Origin: the human T2T-CHM13v2.0 reference genome, Homo sapiens
Assembly: GCF_009914755.1 (NCBI RefSeq)
Contig: NC_060940.1
Length of the DNA stretch: 64,000 nucleotides
Reading direction: 5' to 3' (one strand)
The translations under genes and the position numbers were made by a program. Under the pieces are notes generated by a model. It was not told the DNA's origin. It worked only from the letters and a program-made list of their open reading frames with translations, and did no database searches. The stretch's first letter is position 1. Each line of letters starts with the position of its first letter. Below are positions 51,122 to 64,000 of the stretch, one piece after another.

Positions 51122-53879
51122 ACCATGGTGGTTAAACTAATCAGAATGAAAGGGTGGTATTTTCATTTGATTACCTTACCTAGTAATGCTAGCTTGATCT
51201 TATTTGTTTTATTTTAAAATGTGACCTATGAATCCTGCTTTAGTCATTTGGTGTAAGAACAGATCTGATTCTGAGAGAAAAAGTGCTCCTTTGGGGCAGG
51301 TCTCTAATATAATGACCTCAGAACAATTAACTTTAAGTGAATTGTGTACAATTAAATTTACTTTATGTTCTAAGAGGCAGTGACATCAGTAAACACATTA
51401 TAGTACAAAACCCCATAGGTCCATGGGGAAGGGGCCTTAACTGTGTTCACTGACATCTCTCCCAGAACTAACAATGTCTGGAATATTATAAGCACTCTAG
51501 TATTTGTTGAAGGGAGAGAGGGAGAAAGGTTGATCACACATAAACTTCAATGCCTCCTAATCGCCCATCCTAACTGGAGTCATTTTCACTTACTTTTTAA
51601 AAGATGATAGGAATAAGTATTTAGCCCAGTGACACCCTCTACATACTTTATTTCATTTAGTTTTCCAAACTGGGACTAATCATAATCTATTTTCCCAACA
51701 CCCAGTAAGATAATTATCATCCCTATTTTATGGATCAGTAGACTGAGGCTTCTAGGGCTCAAGTAACTTGCCGAAGGTTATAGATTCAACCACGGAAGTC
51801 TAGCCTCCTCCCTACCTCATGATCTCTATCATTTACATTCCGGTATCTGCAAAAGCTTGAGTATTTCACTCAGTGATCAATTCAGTTTTACTTTTTTATC
51901 TATTTTACTCAAAGTTAGAATTTCCCAGAGGTACTCAAGTCTAGTAAAATGCTCCTCAAGAAATGGTTCCATGGTCCAGTAAGGTTGGGAAAGGCTGACT
52001 TCCCTTTGATGAGTCACGATGCTCGCTATAAAGTTAAAGGCTCTGAGAAGGCCCACAGTTCCTTCATCCAACAAATATTTATGTGCCTATTATGTACAAG
52101 GGGCTGTGCTAGGCACTGGAGGCAATATTATGGAAAAGATGACGAATTTTCTACTTGGATGAAGCTTACATTTTTCTTAAAGGGGGAGACAGGAAACAAA
52201 CAAACAACATGCTGTGGATCACTTGCTTCTGTTTCCCCTGCAATACCCTGTGAAATCACAGTTTGGGAAGGCTTGTTCTAAGCCCTTTATTGACAATATT
52301 ATTTTATTTTCCCTGAATCTTTCTTAGGAAAGCTAATATCCTAATTTTACACCATGGTAAAATGTATTTGTTTTATTAATATGAATCAACTAAATAAGAA
52401 TTTTTAATTATTCATTCTAAGTCACCTTAACTTGGTCTATTTCTAAACTTTCTAGATTATAACCCTCCACTGATGTCCCCTCAAAGATCCCCTACTCAAC
52501 CATATATGGGGCCTTCTATGCAATTTCAAGAGTCAAGACAAAATATTCCAAATAAACTAAATGAATATCAGGTAAAGTAGTTAATTGTTCTAAAGGTCAT
52601 ATACAAACATTATTAAAGAAATCAGGCAATTCCAACTGTTTTAAAGACACATAAATGGTCACTGGGAATCAGGGGTATTTGGCATTTATGAGGCACACTG
52701 GTGGTAATAGGTCCTTTTCCATGCTGATAGGCTCTAATAGATGTGATCCCCAAAGATAGAGTCCCCAAAGATATCATTATAAAGCAGAACTAAATTACTC
52801 TGCATTGAACTTCTGTATCTTAATAATTTCAAAAAGAACATCCTCATTGTACTTGGAGGTAGATTTGCTTTTGCTGCTTGATGAGTAATTATAGCTTGGG
52901 CAAATACAATTTGTGAAGGATGTCAATTAAAAAGGAGCACCGCAGGATTTTTTAGAAATTTATTAAGGACCATCGTGTCTGTGGCCTATTTGACCATGTG
53001 AAGTGCCAAAGTAAATTAATGTGGATTGTTAAGTCTAGCTAGTCCAGCAAAGCGGCCGGAAGAAAGTGGAACAGCCCAGACAAAAACCCATCTGTAATCA
53101 CAAGACGAATACTTCAGCTTGATGCGTCCACACAACATCATTTTCACTGAAATTATTTTGACACCCATGTGAAGAATTGTATAGGCTTCTAATAAAGCAG
53201 CATTAACTACAGGGTCTCAAACAGCTAAATGGCACAAACTTAATCCTAAAAAAAAAAAAGATAATCCTTCGAATTCTCTTTTCTTTTTCCCCCATTAGAT
53301 TTATTAGCAGACACCATCCAACTTGATGCCTCACTATGGACATCTGTCAAGTCACTTACACAAATGAACTGTGCCATGATGGATCAAGTGTGCCACGCAC
53401 GGTCACATGCTGGCAGAGGCCGGACTGCAAAGTCCACACGCACGTGAAGGCTCGGTTAACTACCCCCTGGAAGAGAACTTAGGAGAGATCATCAAGGTTC
53501 AACCATTTTCAGCATTAGTAATCTGTTTCAAGACACAAAGCCCAAAGGAGTGAAAACAAGCCAATATGGCGGATGATGATGAATACTGATGATTATCGTG
53601 GATGGGTCTGGAGCACCACATTAGAAGGCAAAGCATGACTTTGTGACTAAAGACCATCTACACCAAAGGTTGGAGGTTCAACAATACTTTAGAAACAAAA
53701 CATTGCAAACAACAGGCTATGAGGTATAATATAGGAATCTATATATAATCATATATAGTTATGTATACACACAAGCATATATGCACACAATTCTGCTAAT
53801 TATGTACATACAATTATATAGATTTACACGCACATACATATAATCACACACACACACGTCCACATGCTAAAACTCCTAG

Positions 53880-55180
53880 ATGAGGATCCCCTGAGCACCA
53901 CACTCGTACATCCAACGGTCTACAGCCCTTCCAATTGGATGTCAGTAAACATCTTAGACCTATGTCCAAAACTGAATTCCTCATCTTCTCCTCAAAGCCT
54001 GCTCCACCCACAGTCTTTGATGGGGAAATGACTCACTTTTGGTGACTCCGGCCAAATATCATTCTTAAATCCTCTCTCTCTGTCTCCCTTCCTTCATCCA
54101 ATCATCAGGAGATTCTGTTGGCTTATCTTTCCAACTGTACCCAAAATGGACCATGTGTGCCTGCCTTTTGGGATCCACCCAGGCCGAAGCCATCCATTTC
54201 CTCCTGGACCTCTGCAACTACCTTCCCAGCAAGTCCCTCTGGTTCTACCATACTTCCCAACAGACTATCCTCAACACAGAGACAAAGAGGCCTTTCGAAA
54301 ATCTAAGTTTAGCCTGGGCAACATAGTGAGACCCCATCTCTACTAAAAAAAAAATTATAGGCATGTTGGCACATGCCTGTAGTTTCAGCTACACAGGAGG
54401 CTGAGATGGGAGGATTGCTTGAGCCCAGGAGTTTGAGGCTGCAATAAGCTATGACTCTGCCACTGCACTCTAGCCAGGGTGACAAAGTGAGACCCTGTCT
54501 CAAAAAAAAAAAGAAGAAAGAGGAAAGAAAGAAAATGAAGGAAAGGAAGAAAGAAGGGAGGGAGAGAGGGACAGAGGAAAAGAAAGAGAAAGTAAGAGAC
54601 GGAGGGAAGGAAGAAAAGAACTAAGGAAGGAGGGAAGGAAGGGAGGGAGGCAGTAAATCTAACTCAGACCATGTCACTCTTCTGCTCAAAACTCTCCAAT
54701 GGCTTCCGATTCATTCAAGGGAGATGCCCAATCCTTACAATTGCCCCATTTCTTCTTACCTTTTGGCCATCGTCCTTCCCCTTTCTCACACTCCTCTAGC
54801 CTACTGGCTTCCTATTGTTCCTTCACCACCCCAGACATGTTCCCACCCCAGGGCCTTTGCACTGGCTGTTTCTTCTGTCTGGACTATTGTCCCTGTAAAT
54901 GTTCCCAGGGTTCGTTCACTCCCTGCCTTTGGAGTCTTTTCTCAGATGTCACCTTCTCTCTGACTACCCTCCTCCACCTCCAACACTCTCTATCCCTCTT
55001 CCCCAAGTCTACTTTTTCCATGAATAGTTTTCAACATCCAACAATATCATTACTGCCTTTCTCCTCCCACTAGAATATAAATTCAATAAAGATAAGAATG
55101 TTTTGTCTGCCTTTTACACTGATGTCCCAGTAAGAAGAAGAGTGTTTGGTAAATAGTAGGTGTTCAATAGGCACAAATGA
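53880..55180 (+). mobile_element. L2 (L2a-like) interrupted by an Alu
   Basis: tgtccaaaactgaattcctcatctt, cagggcctttgcactggctgttt, and end tagtaggtgttcaataggcacaaatgaa. Confidence 0.8.
54307..54654 (+). mobile_element. 5'-truncated AluJ with tail degenerated into a purine-rich (GA/GGAA) tract
   Basis: Alu body about 54310-54512. TSD aaatctaa at 54299-54306 and 54655-54662. Confidence 0.88.
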
Positions 55181-55652
55181 ATTTCTGGGTGCAAAATAAT
55201 GATACTCAGAACTGCTGTCCAAGCCCATCCAGACACAGAACTTGAAATCCAAGTGAAAATAAGATGTCCAGCAGCCAACACCACTAGTCACTCCCCAAAC
55301 TACATCTATGGGAAAAATATGGTAACATTAAGGCTTCTGTGTTATAATAAAGTCCCATTTTGAACCCCAGAACTATCTACCTAGAAAAAGGCTTTATTCT
55401 AGAAAATGCACTAACCTTTTTATAGAGCCCTAGGTGGATGGGGGTTGGGTGCTAGGGATAGGTGCCTTCCGTGGCTGAGCACAAACTGCAATGAACAACA
55501 CAGATTCTAGCCTGCAGGCAAAATGCTGAGAGAAGAGAGAACCAACAGCATAAAGTCAATGGGGGCAAGGATTCAAGTGTTAGATTTGACAGCTAATTTT
55601 TTTTTCTAATTTAAAATTTCCTCTTCTAAAAAAACTGCTTTATATTATAGGT

Positions 55653-55836
55653 CAGGGTTTCTCCAAGTGTTGTGCTAAGGACTGCAGAACAACCAGATGG
55701 CTGTTAAAAATGCGCATTACCCGCTCCCCACTCTGGATTTACTGTAGCAGAATCTCTAGGCGGTGGGACCCTAATACATGTATTTTTAACCAGCTTTGAA
55801 GGAACTCCAAAGCACTCTAATATTTGAGAACGACTA
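55653..55836. mobile_element. MER5A-like hAT MITE
   Basis: cagggtttctc terminus, gcagaatctctagg...tgtatttttaac, and tttgagaacgacta end. Confidence 0.75.
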
Positions 55837-56847
55837 GCCTAGTTCATTTTAGACTAATATGGAAATTCCTTTTTTTAAAATAAACATTTCTACACATCTC
55901 ACAGAAATGCTGATAGAGCACAGGCTGTTTTGTTGATAGCAATGAAGGCTTGGCACGCATATTTACAATCTCCTCTCACTTTCCTGGATGATAGGGACAT
56001 GCAACCATTTGTGAAGTGACCATCCAGCCCCTTCTACCCATATCACCAGGAGAAAGGATGGGAACATCCAAACTTGGATCAAGCAGGAACACAAGTTCCA
56101 TTGTTGGATTCTTCAACAAGTTCTGTGGACCCACACAAGTAACAACAATGCCTAAACATATGGACTCTGCTCAAACACGGAGGCCTTGGGATTTTCATGA
56201 TCTGGACACATTTGAGTCTGTGAATCGCATAACCATCTGGACTAGTTAAAAGTGGCAAAAAAGAAAAACACCCTCTCAAACCCAACTGCACTTGTTTAAT
56301 ATCAGGAAAACAAATATAAGTAGAAGTGGATACTAAGGTTCCAGAATTAAGGGGGCTTTTTTGTTTTGTTTTGGGAAGTTTTTTCTTGCTTTTTTTTTTA
56401 GCAAAAATGGGGCCATCTTTGAGATTGGCCAAGCAACCAATCATCACCAATATTCGGAGAACAGGAAGAGAAGGCCTCTGATCTCTGGTTCTCTTCGAAT
56501 ACACACCCACAAAAAAATCCAATGGTAACACATATGTTGTGAAGTGACTACATCTTTTGTGTTAATTCCAGTTTGTCTCCCTCCCTTCTGCCTGAAAGCC
56601 TTACCAACACTTAACTGAGTCCCTATTAAATGCTACTTAATAGGATATATTTAGTGGAATATATTATCTACTTCTCTGCAGATGCAGAGAAGTAGAAGAT
56701 ATGACTGTTGATTTTAAGGGGTGAAAACTCAGTTTGGGTGATGAGACAAAAAAATATATCAAGCTAAGGGCCAACTCAGTGACAAGTGGCTTGCAAATCT
56801 AGGAGGAGGAGTCAAAAAGGAATGGCCTTTCAGAGGAACAAGTCTTT

Positions 56848-56987
56848 TTTCAATATATAATTTCACCTTTTATTTTAGATTCAGGGAGTAGATGTACATG
56901 TTTGTTACATGGGTATATTGCATGATGCTGAGGTTTGGGATATGAATGATCCCATCATCTAGGTACTGAGTATAGTACCCAATAGTT
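56848..56987 (-). mobile_element. Very short L1 3' end (old L1PA, approx. PA15-16)
   Basis: gtacatgtttgttacatgggtatattgcatgatgctgaggtttggg. Perfect 14-bp TSD aggaacaagtcttt at 56834-56847 and 56988-57001. Confidence 0.88.
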
Positions 56988-57434
56988 AGGAACAAGTCTT
57001 TAACCAAGAAAGAAGGCAGACAGAGGGAGAGTCCCAGGCAAAAAGGAGGGAGTGAGTGAAGCTTCAGACCTACTTGTACACAGGCTGTGTTCAAAGAACA
57101 AAGCAGAGAGCAATTTGGCTACAGAAGAAAAGGAAGAAAGCTGGAGGAGATGGTAGAAAGCCAGGCTCTGGTGGGCCTTGAAGGCTAACCTAAATATTTT
57201 GAAATATATTAAATAAGAGTGTCCACAAAGGATTTTGTTAGAGGAAGGAGGCAGAGAGAGAGAGATGTAAAGCCCACACCCGAACTTATCAATAGTGTGA
57301 GATGCACAAGAGTAGTATTAAGAAAGGCTGGTGCCAAGGAGACCAGTGAAGAACACTTCAAGGCTGGCAGGAGGTTGAAAGTGTCTAGACCGGGCAGAGG
57401 CAACAGTAGGGAGAACAAAATTCAGAAAGCGCTT

Positions 57435-57700
57435 TACAGGAGTCAGACTAACTTTGAATTCCAATCCTAGCACCAAACTAGTTGTGGGATGGCAGGCAAG
57501 CTGTCTTACTTGCCTTAAGAACAAGTTCAGCTTCCAGCTGAACTACTTGCTAGGGGTCATTGTGTACAAGCTTGCTAGGGGTCATTGTGTACAAGCTGTT
57601 TACTCTCCATGTGTTTCAATTTTCCCATCAATAAAACAGGGATAAGAACAGTATTTGCCACATCACAGGGGTTTTGAGGATTAAATGGGTAAGTATTATA
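57435..57700 (+). mobile_element. MIR (composite/rearranged)
   Basis: ggagtcagac...aatcctagcacc and ttttcccatcaataaaacagggataag...gaggattaaatg. Confidence 0.65.
57546..57595. repeat. Perfect 2x25-bp tandem duplication (cttgctaggggtcattgtgtacaag)
   Basis: Direct reading. Confidence 0.97.
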
Positions 57701-57729
57701 ACGTCACCTTTTCTTTTTCAGAAATGTTT

Positions 57730-57887
57730 AATTTTTTTAAGAGACAGAGTCTTGCTCTGTTGCCCAGGATGGAGTGCAATGGTGCTACCATAGCTCACTG
57801 TGGCCTCAAACTCCTAGGCTCAAATGATCCTCCCACTTAAGTCTCCCAAGTCACTTGGATTACAGGAATGTGCCACCATGCCAGGCT
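57730..57887 (-). mobile_element. Alu monomer (FRAM / AluJ right arm)
   Basis: gagacagagtcttgctctgttgcccagg...atagctcactg...tgccaccatgccaggct; single arm only. Confidence 0.85.
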
Positions 57888-58029
57888 TAAAGCCACCTTT
57901 TGTATCTATACTAATGGCCAGGTGACATTTCAATGAGTTTTGAAGAAACCAAAAGAGACCAAGCATATCTGTTTTACAAACTGCTATAGCTTATATGACA
58001 GTGCAAGAGAATTTTACTATTTAGAGAAA

Positions 58030-58555
58030 TCCAATGGCTTCCCAAAGACACTTAGAGTAAAATTCAAACTCCTTGCCATGGGCTACAAGTCCCTATATCA
58101 TCTGGGTGCTGGCTCCTTCTCCAAACTCCCTCCTAAGAGAGCAGCTGCCACCCACTAAGCTCCAGAAACACTGCACTGCCTGGTCCTCAGTTCTTTCTCT
58201 GGGCCACTCATTGCACTTGCTGTTCTTGCCTGGGCCACTCTCCCTTCTATCCCTACTTTACGCAGGTTTCTGCTCAATGTTCACTCCTCAGGGAGTCCTC
58301 CCAGGTCAGCTTAGCTAAAAGGACCTCCATGTGCCCTCCTTGTCTCTTGCCCATTCTCTTCCTTTATATCTCATCAGAGATACAAAGTCACTCATCACTG
58401 ACTAATGTACTGGATTTATTTGTCCATTCACTATTTCTCTCCGTTCTAGAATAGACAGTCCATTTGTCTAGTTCAATGCTGTTTCCTTGGAAGAGTATCT
58501 GGCCCACAGGAGCTGCTCAGTATGTTTCTGTTGAATGCATAAGTGAATGAGTGAG
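58030..58555 (+). mobile_element. L2 3' portion, followed by a MIR (~58570-58760)
   Basis: ccaatggcttccc...aaaattcaaactcctt and end gttgaatgcataagtgaatgagtga. Confidence 0.7.
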
Positions 58556-60752
58556 CCAGAAACATCCAAATTCATAGCCCAGCTCTACCACTTACAAGCT
58601 GGGTATCATCAGGTAAGTTGCTTCATGTTACCTCTCTGAACTTCTGTTTCCTCACTTCTAAGGAGGAAAGCATAGAACTATATGGGACTGGGCTTTGCAA
58701 GAAGAAGGGAGACAACACAAACTCCCAAGAAAGGATGTCATACAGAGAGGCACTTGATAAATGTCAGAGTTGGAAGTGAGAAGCCTGGGAAGACAGAAGT
58801 TCAATGATCTGGGGAAAATGAATGGGTCATTGAAACATTCTGTATAACATTTATTAAGTGCCTACAATATAAAAGATACAATGGTAAATATTAGGCTAAA
58901 AATGTGAATAAGACCCAGTTTCTACCCAAGAACAGCTCTAATAGAAAAGACATATATGACTCCTCATGACAGGTACTACGTGGAGGAGGTATTTGAAGTA
59001 CTCCCCCTTGAAAGTCAGCATAAGTTTTCAAACAAGAGGAGCCACTGGAGTGGGGTCTTGAAGGATGTGTAGGATCTCACCTGTAAGACAAAAGCACTTT
59101 GGTAGATAAAACTACTTGGGCAAAGGCCTACCTAATGTCATCAAAGTGAGCCTTGCATACCAAGAAATGAAGATGTATGCATTCTAGGCAGGAAGGACAG
59201 AGACAAGGCTGATATAGGAGCCTGCAAGTATACACTGTGCTTAGGGGAGGCTTAGCTTGAATATGCTTATGAATAAAAGGAGACTTGCGAATGTTTGCAG
59301 GTAGAGAAGAAACTAAGCACAAAGGAGAAGGAAGATCAGACCATGACAGCTGAAGATAAAATTTGAGGCATAATTTTCAGAAGGTAAGAATAATGTCTAT
59401 TCTGCGTGTCTTCTCTTGTATTTGGCAAACTACTGGGCATCTCTTATAAAATGACAGCAACTTACAAAAGAGATGTGCTTAGTCTGTTATGGTTTTTGTG
59501 AGAATCACTGAAGTGACAGCTGAGAGAATCCATTAGTCCAGATGGAAAAGGTGGTTACTTTCTCTGATGTTGCTAGAATTGAAAAGACCCCTTCTCCATG
59601 GAAAGATATGACATGCAAGCTTCTATTACTAGCAGTATCCTCTCTTGGGTTTAGAAAGGGTTGTGACCTGTTATAAATCCCAATATCGCTGGGAGGAATA
59701 ACAACTTAGCTCTCATCTGCCATGGGCACTTTAGTGTGAATTCGTTCATAATAAGCAGTTCTACTGATGCACACAGTGGGTATCATCTTCAAGGATGCTC
59801 AGAAAACAACTCTTTGGAAAAGGCTTCCTTGGCACCACCTTCCCCTCCCCTAGCTGGACTGGATTCTCCTCCTTTAAGCTCCAAGGCAACCTGTGCATTG
59901 CTCTAAACTGTGTTAAAATGATCCCATTTCAGTGTCTGTCTCCCTGCTACAGTCCTTGGGGGCAGAGGCAATGCCTCATTGGCCATTGCAACACCAGGGC
60001 CAGGCACACGATAGGTTCTCAATTGATAATGCAATGGCCTCAGGATCAACCCCAGGGAGGCTTGCACTTGGCAGCTTCAATGTGGTTAAAGACACTTGTT
60101 ACTAAGCCATTTATTTTTCTGTGCACATGATGCAGCCCACATCAAATTCAGGTGAACCACTGTTATTATGGTTGCCAAAGTACTGTCAAGCCTTAAAACA
60201 AAATAGAAATAAAAAGTCATGTAAGATAAAATCTGAGTTATTTTCCTTGTACTGCCAGACTTCGTAGTTCTTGCTGCAATCCAATGAAGGACCTTAGAGA
60301 CTTTCTGCTGAAAACAAACTTTCAGGCCTCTAATGACATGACATATTTACACTGGACACCCCGAGTAAGTCTCCTGGGCATCACTTCTTGCACAACCATA
60401 TGAAACTTCAAATGTAAAAAAGGAACAACAAATTAAATAAAATGTTCCTCAGTATTTTTAAATGAAAACCTTTTAACGAATTACAAAACTCCCTTAGTTC
60501 AGTAACCAAACTTTCACTAACCAATAGTAAAAACATGTGCTCTCTAATTTCAATAAATCCCTTTAATTATGAGTTAGTGTGAATTCCACCAAAACATCAA
60601 TGACTTCCTATACTATCTTCCATTCTTTGATTTCTAAAGTATAAAATATAATGCTCTTAAACCATAATCATGTTCAGGTGCCAAAAACTAATGTGCTAAT
60701 GCACAGATGCAGATAAAGCCATAAACAGTTATAAACAGACAGGTATAAACAT

Positions 60753-60955
60753 CAGTGATTCTCTGCCGGGGCAATTTTATTCCTCAGGGGACCTTTGATA
60801 ATGTCTGAAGAGAGTTTTTTTTTTTTATTGTCATGACTTCTGGCATCCAGGGGATAAAGGCCAGGGTGTCACTAAACATCCTACAATTCACGGGGCGGCC
60901 TCCCACAACAAAGACCTGCCCTATCCAAAGCATCAACAGAGACTGAGAAACTCTG
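60753..60955 (+). mobile_element. MER20
   Basis: cagtgattctc...ggccagggtgtcactaaacatcctacaat...tgagaaactctg. Degenerate TSD ataaacat/atatagat. Confidence 0.87.
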
Positions 60956-63409
60956 ATATAGATCAATCCATACATTAAACATAAATTCGAGATGAGGTAT
61001 TTTACAATAAATATTACAGAATCATTGCTTCTACACTATCCAAATACAATGTGTTGTTTCTTCAAGAGGGCATTGTGTTGCCTTTGGATATATCTATAAG
61101 ATTACTGACTGCAATTAAAGATTCTCTTAAATGTGTTTCAAATATATATCAACTAGTAGGTTCTCAGCAATGAAGTTTTCCATTTATATAAACACCCAGT
61201 TGCTTTTTTTGTTCCTGCTGAGAATAAGCCAAGAAACAGAAATAGTTTAACGTGTTCTTTTAAGGCTAACATTTTTAAAAGATCAATAAACCTATAAATT
61301 CTTCCTTAAGTATTATAAGGGACTGAATGTGTTTATTTTCCAGTCTTAATCATATTTGATAAACCAAATACCTAAAGCCTACTTAACTCACAAATCATCA
61401 ATGATAAGAAGTTCATAAGCATATATAACATATAATCACTTAAGCCAAACAAGATTACATCTGAGGTCTATTAATGTCTCTTAATTCACATTTATCATTG
61501 TTTAAGAGCAAGTCTAAGATAGCTGATAAGAAATTATGGGAATCTATGAAACCACTGGTACCAGTCTGGCTTTAGAAACATGTCAGGGCTAATGTTTTAC
61601 TGCATAGTGGCAGAGAGCTTTTGCTCACACTGCAAGAATATCTTGATTACATACATTTTTCTGTGATTTTATGATTGCCGGAATTCTGTAGGGACAACTT
61701 TTTACCAGATGGGTGATCATATAGCTATCATTAGTTCTCTGTATTTTACCAGTTGTGTTTATCTAAAATCTTTTACTAGGAAAGAGCTCACATGAGACTC
61801 TAAATCCCACTTCCGACGAGGTCTTAGGGCAGGAAGGACAGAAATCACATTCCTCCCAACCAACTATTCCAAAATCTGTAACTTAAGATTTTATATCTTA
61901 TATTTATTTTAAAAGAAGGGTTTTTGCTAAACCTATATTTTCATTAGTTTGAGTATGTGGCTAATGGTTTCTTAAACATAACCATAAAATAAAATCCCTT
62001 CAAAGTAGGGGTTGCTGGCTTTCATCTTGAAGACAAATAATGGAATTCAGTCAAGATGTAAATTTCAATCGGGCGTTCAGCTACAACTTATTTTAGCATT
62101 TTATATAAAATAACCATGAATTTAAGTATTCCTAAATAATGGAGGCATTTTATTCTTGGGATCCCAAACAGTCACTGCATACTAATACATTTAAGATTAC
62201 CTTAACATTTCCTTACAAACATTTAAAAAGATGTGATTATACAGCAATTTGTAAGTAGCTCTTCTTAAATCATATATTAAATTTTACTCACTTCAGCAAA
62301 AATCAAATTCTAAAAGAGTGACTCAACTGTATTTAGGCAAATTATATCAAGTTGTAAATGCAAAAGTGACCAAAAGGGAGGAAAAACAGATGTAAAAGTT
62401 CTTAAAACAACCACAAAAGAATATCAGTTAGGGTGCATTTTAAGCTAAAGACACTACATATACTATCTAAATATTTATTAACCCTCTGAATATGCCACAG
62501 TTAAACATGCAGCATATTTGGAGAGAAAATTCTTGTTGAGAAGCTAAAAAAAGGGAGGGGGGACACACTACTTACCTTTAAAGTAAAATGTTAGCACCTT
62601 ATTCACAGCAACTCTTATACGAAGTGTACATATTACCATACACACTGACTCCATTTATTCCTAACAAAAAAGAATTATTTTTCTCATCGCTACTAGTGGA
62701 AAAATATATATGGCACACAGGAAAAATTACTACACATTCCACAGTGCTGGTTAATAACTGAGGGGAATAGTAGAATCCATCTATAAAGCCAATCTATAAA
62801 TTTCTTTGGCCATAATAAAAATAAGTTAGAGGTATGATTTTTTTTTAAGAACTGCAGCTGCCTTCATATCAAGATTAATATTGAAAATAAACCCCGTATA
62901 ATAGGGCCCCTGGGATAAGTAACAGATTCCATGAGGGATGTCCATCTGGCACTAGCCATAAGCCACTCCCTTTTCCACTGTGCTAAATACTCCAGACCAA
63001 AAATATGCCCTCCCAAGAAAACCTCCCAGGAAAACCACGCCTTCAACAACGACGCACATCACCCACACTGTTTCACTTCCATGTTTTAATGACTTTAATA
63101 AGATTGTAAAGTGGTGACACTGAATATCTTAATGCACAACTGAAAATAAAAGGGTGCATATCAAAGGAAAGCTCTAGACACAAGGGATCAGAATTCCCCA
63201 AGGAAAAATAAACCCTCCAGAGAAAACAGAAAATACATTATATTAAGTCAAAGTTCTTGACTCTTGCATTGCCTAGAAGGGGAGAGCTGGGAAAACACCA
63301 CGGGCGTAACTCATTCCAGCACTGTACAGTTATAATCTCCCTTCGTGTGCCTTTGTGAAATGAGCTGAGATGAAACCTACATGTTGCCTACCCATTCACC
63401 GTTGGGTAA

Positions 63410-63759
<350 letters not shown>

Positions 63760-64000
63760 TAATACAAGAAAAGTAACCTTAACAAAGAAATATTTAATTC
63801 CTAGTGGTAGAACCTGAAGTTAGCACTTAATGTGGTTAACTGGAACTATATACAATGTTGCTTTGTAAAAAATACTAACCAAGGAATCCTCATACTAGCC
63901 TTGAGAAATTGGAATGATGGAATATCTAGATAATAACATGGGGTTACATAAACTGGCAGTAGTTACTGAAGCAGAAAACATTTTTGACCCTAAACAAAAT

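Overview
Human (primate) genomic DNA containing the 3' two-thirds of TOX3 (TNRC9/CAGF9, an HMG-box transcription factor, 16q12) on the minus strand. Six coding exons can be read directly with canonical GT-AG boundaries: 48394-48459, 43817-44071, 30164-30433, 25881-26108, 24167-24247 and 19116-19859. Together they encode 547 aa: the N-terminal TOX motif, a poly-Lys NLS, the HMG box and a polyQ-rich tail. The first exon(s), promoter and CpG island lie beyond the right end of the window. A long 3'UTR with several AATAAA signals runs to about 16310, followed by about 16 kb of intergenic DNA. The rest is AT-rich intron with Alu, L1, L2, L3, MIR, MLT1, MER5, MER20 and MER53 elements and microsatellites. 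No tRNA, rRNA, CRISPR array or second protein-coding gene is supported, and I found no convincing wholly new system. The best leads concern TOX3 regulation: a possible 3'UTR intron or downstream last exon, a 10-nt-phased CPE triplet, a recursive 5' splice site at exon 6, all-phase-0 exons, a dense proneural E-box cluster 3' of the gene, a (GGAA)16 tract and a MER53 hairpin resembling miR-1302. Repeat subfamily calls and ancient-repeat boundaries were made by eye and are approximate.
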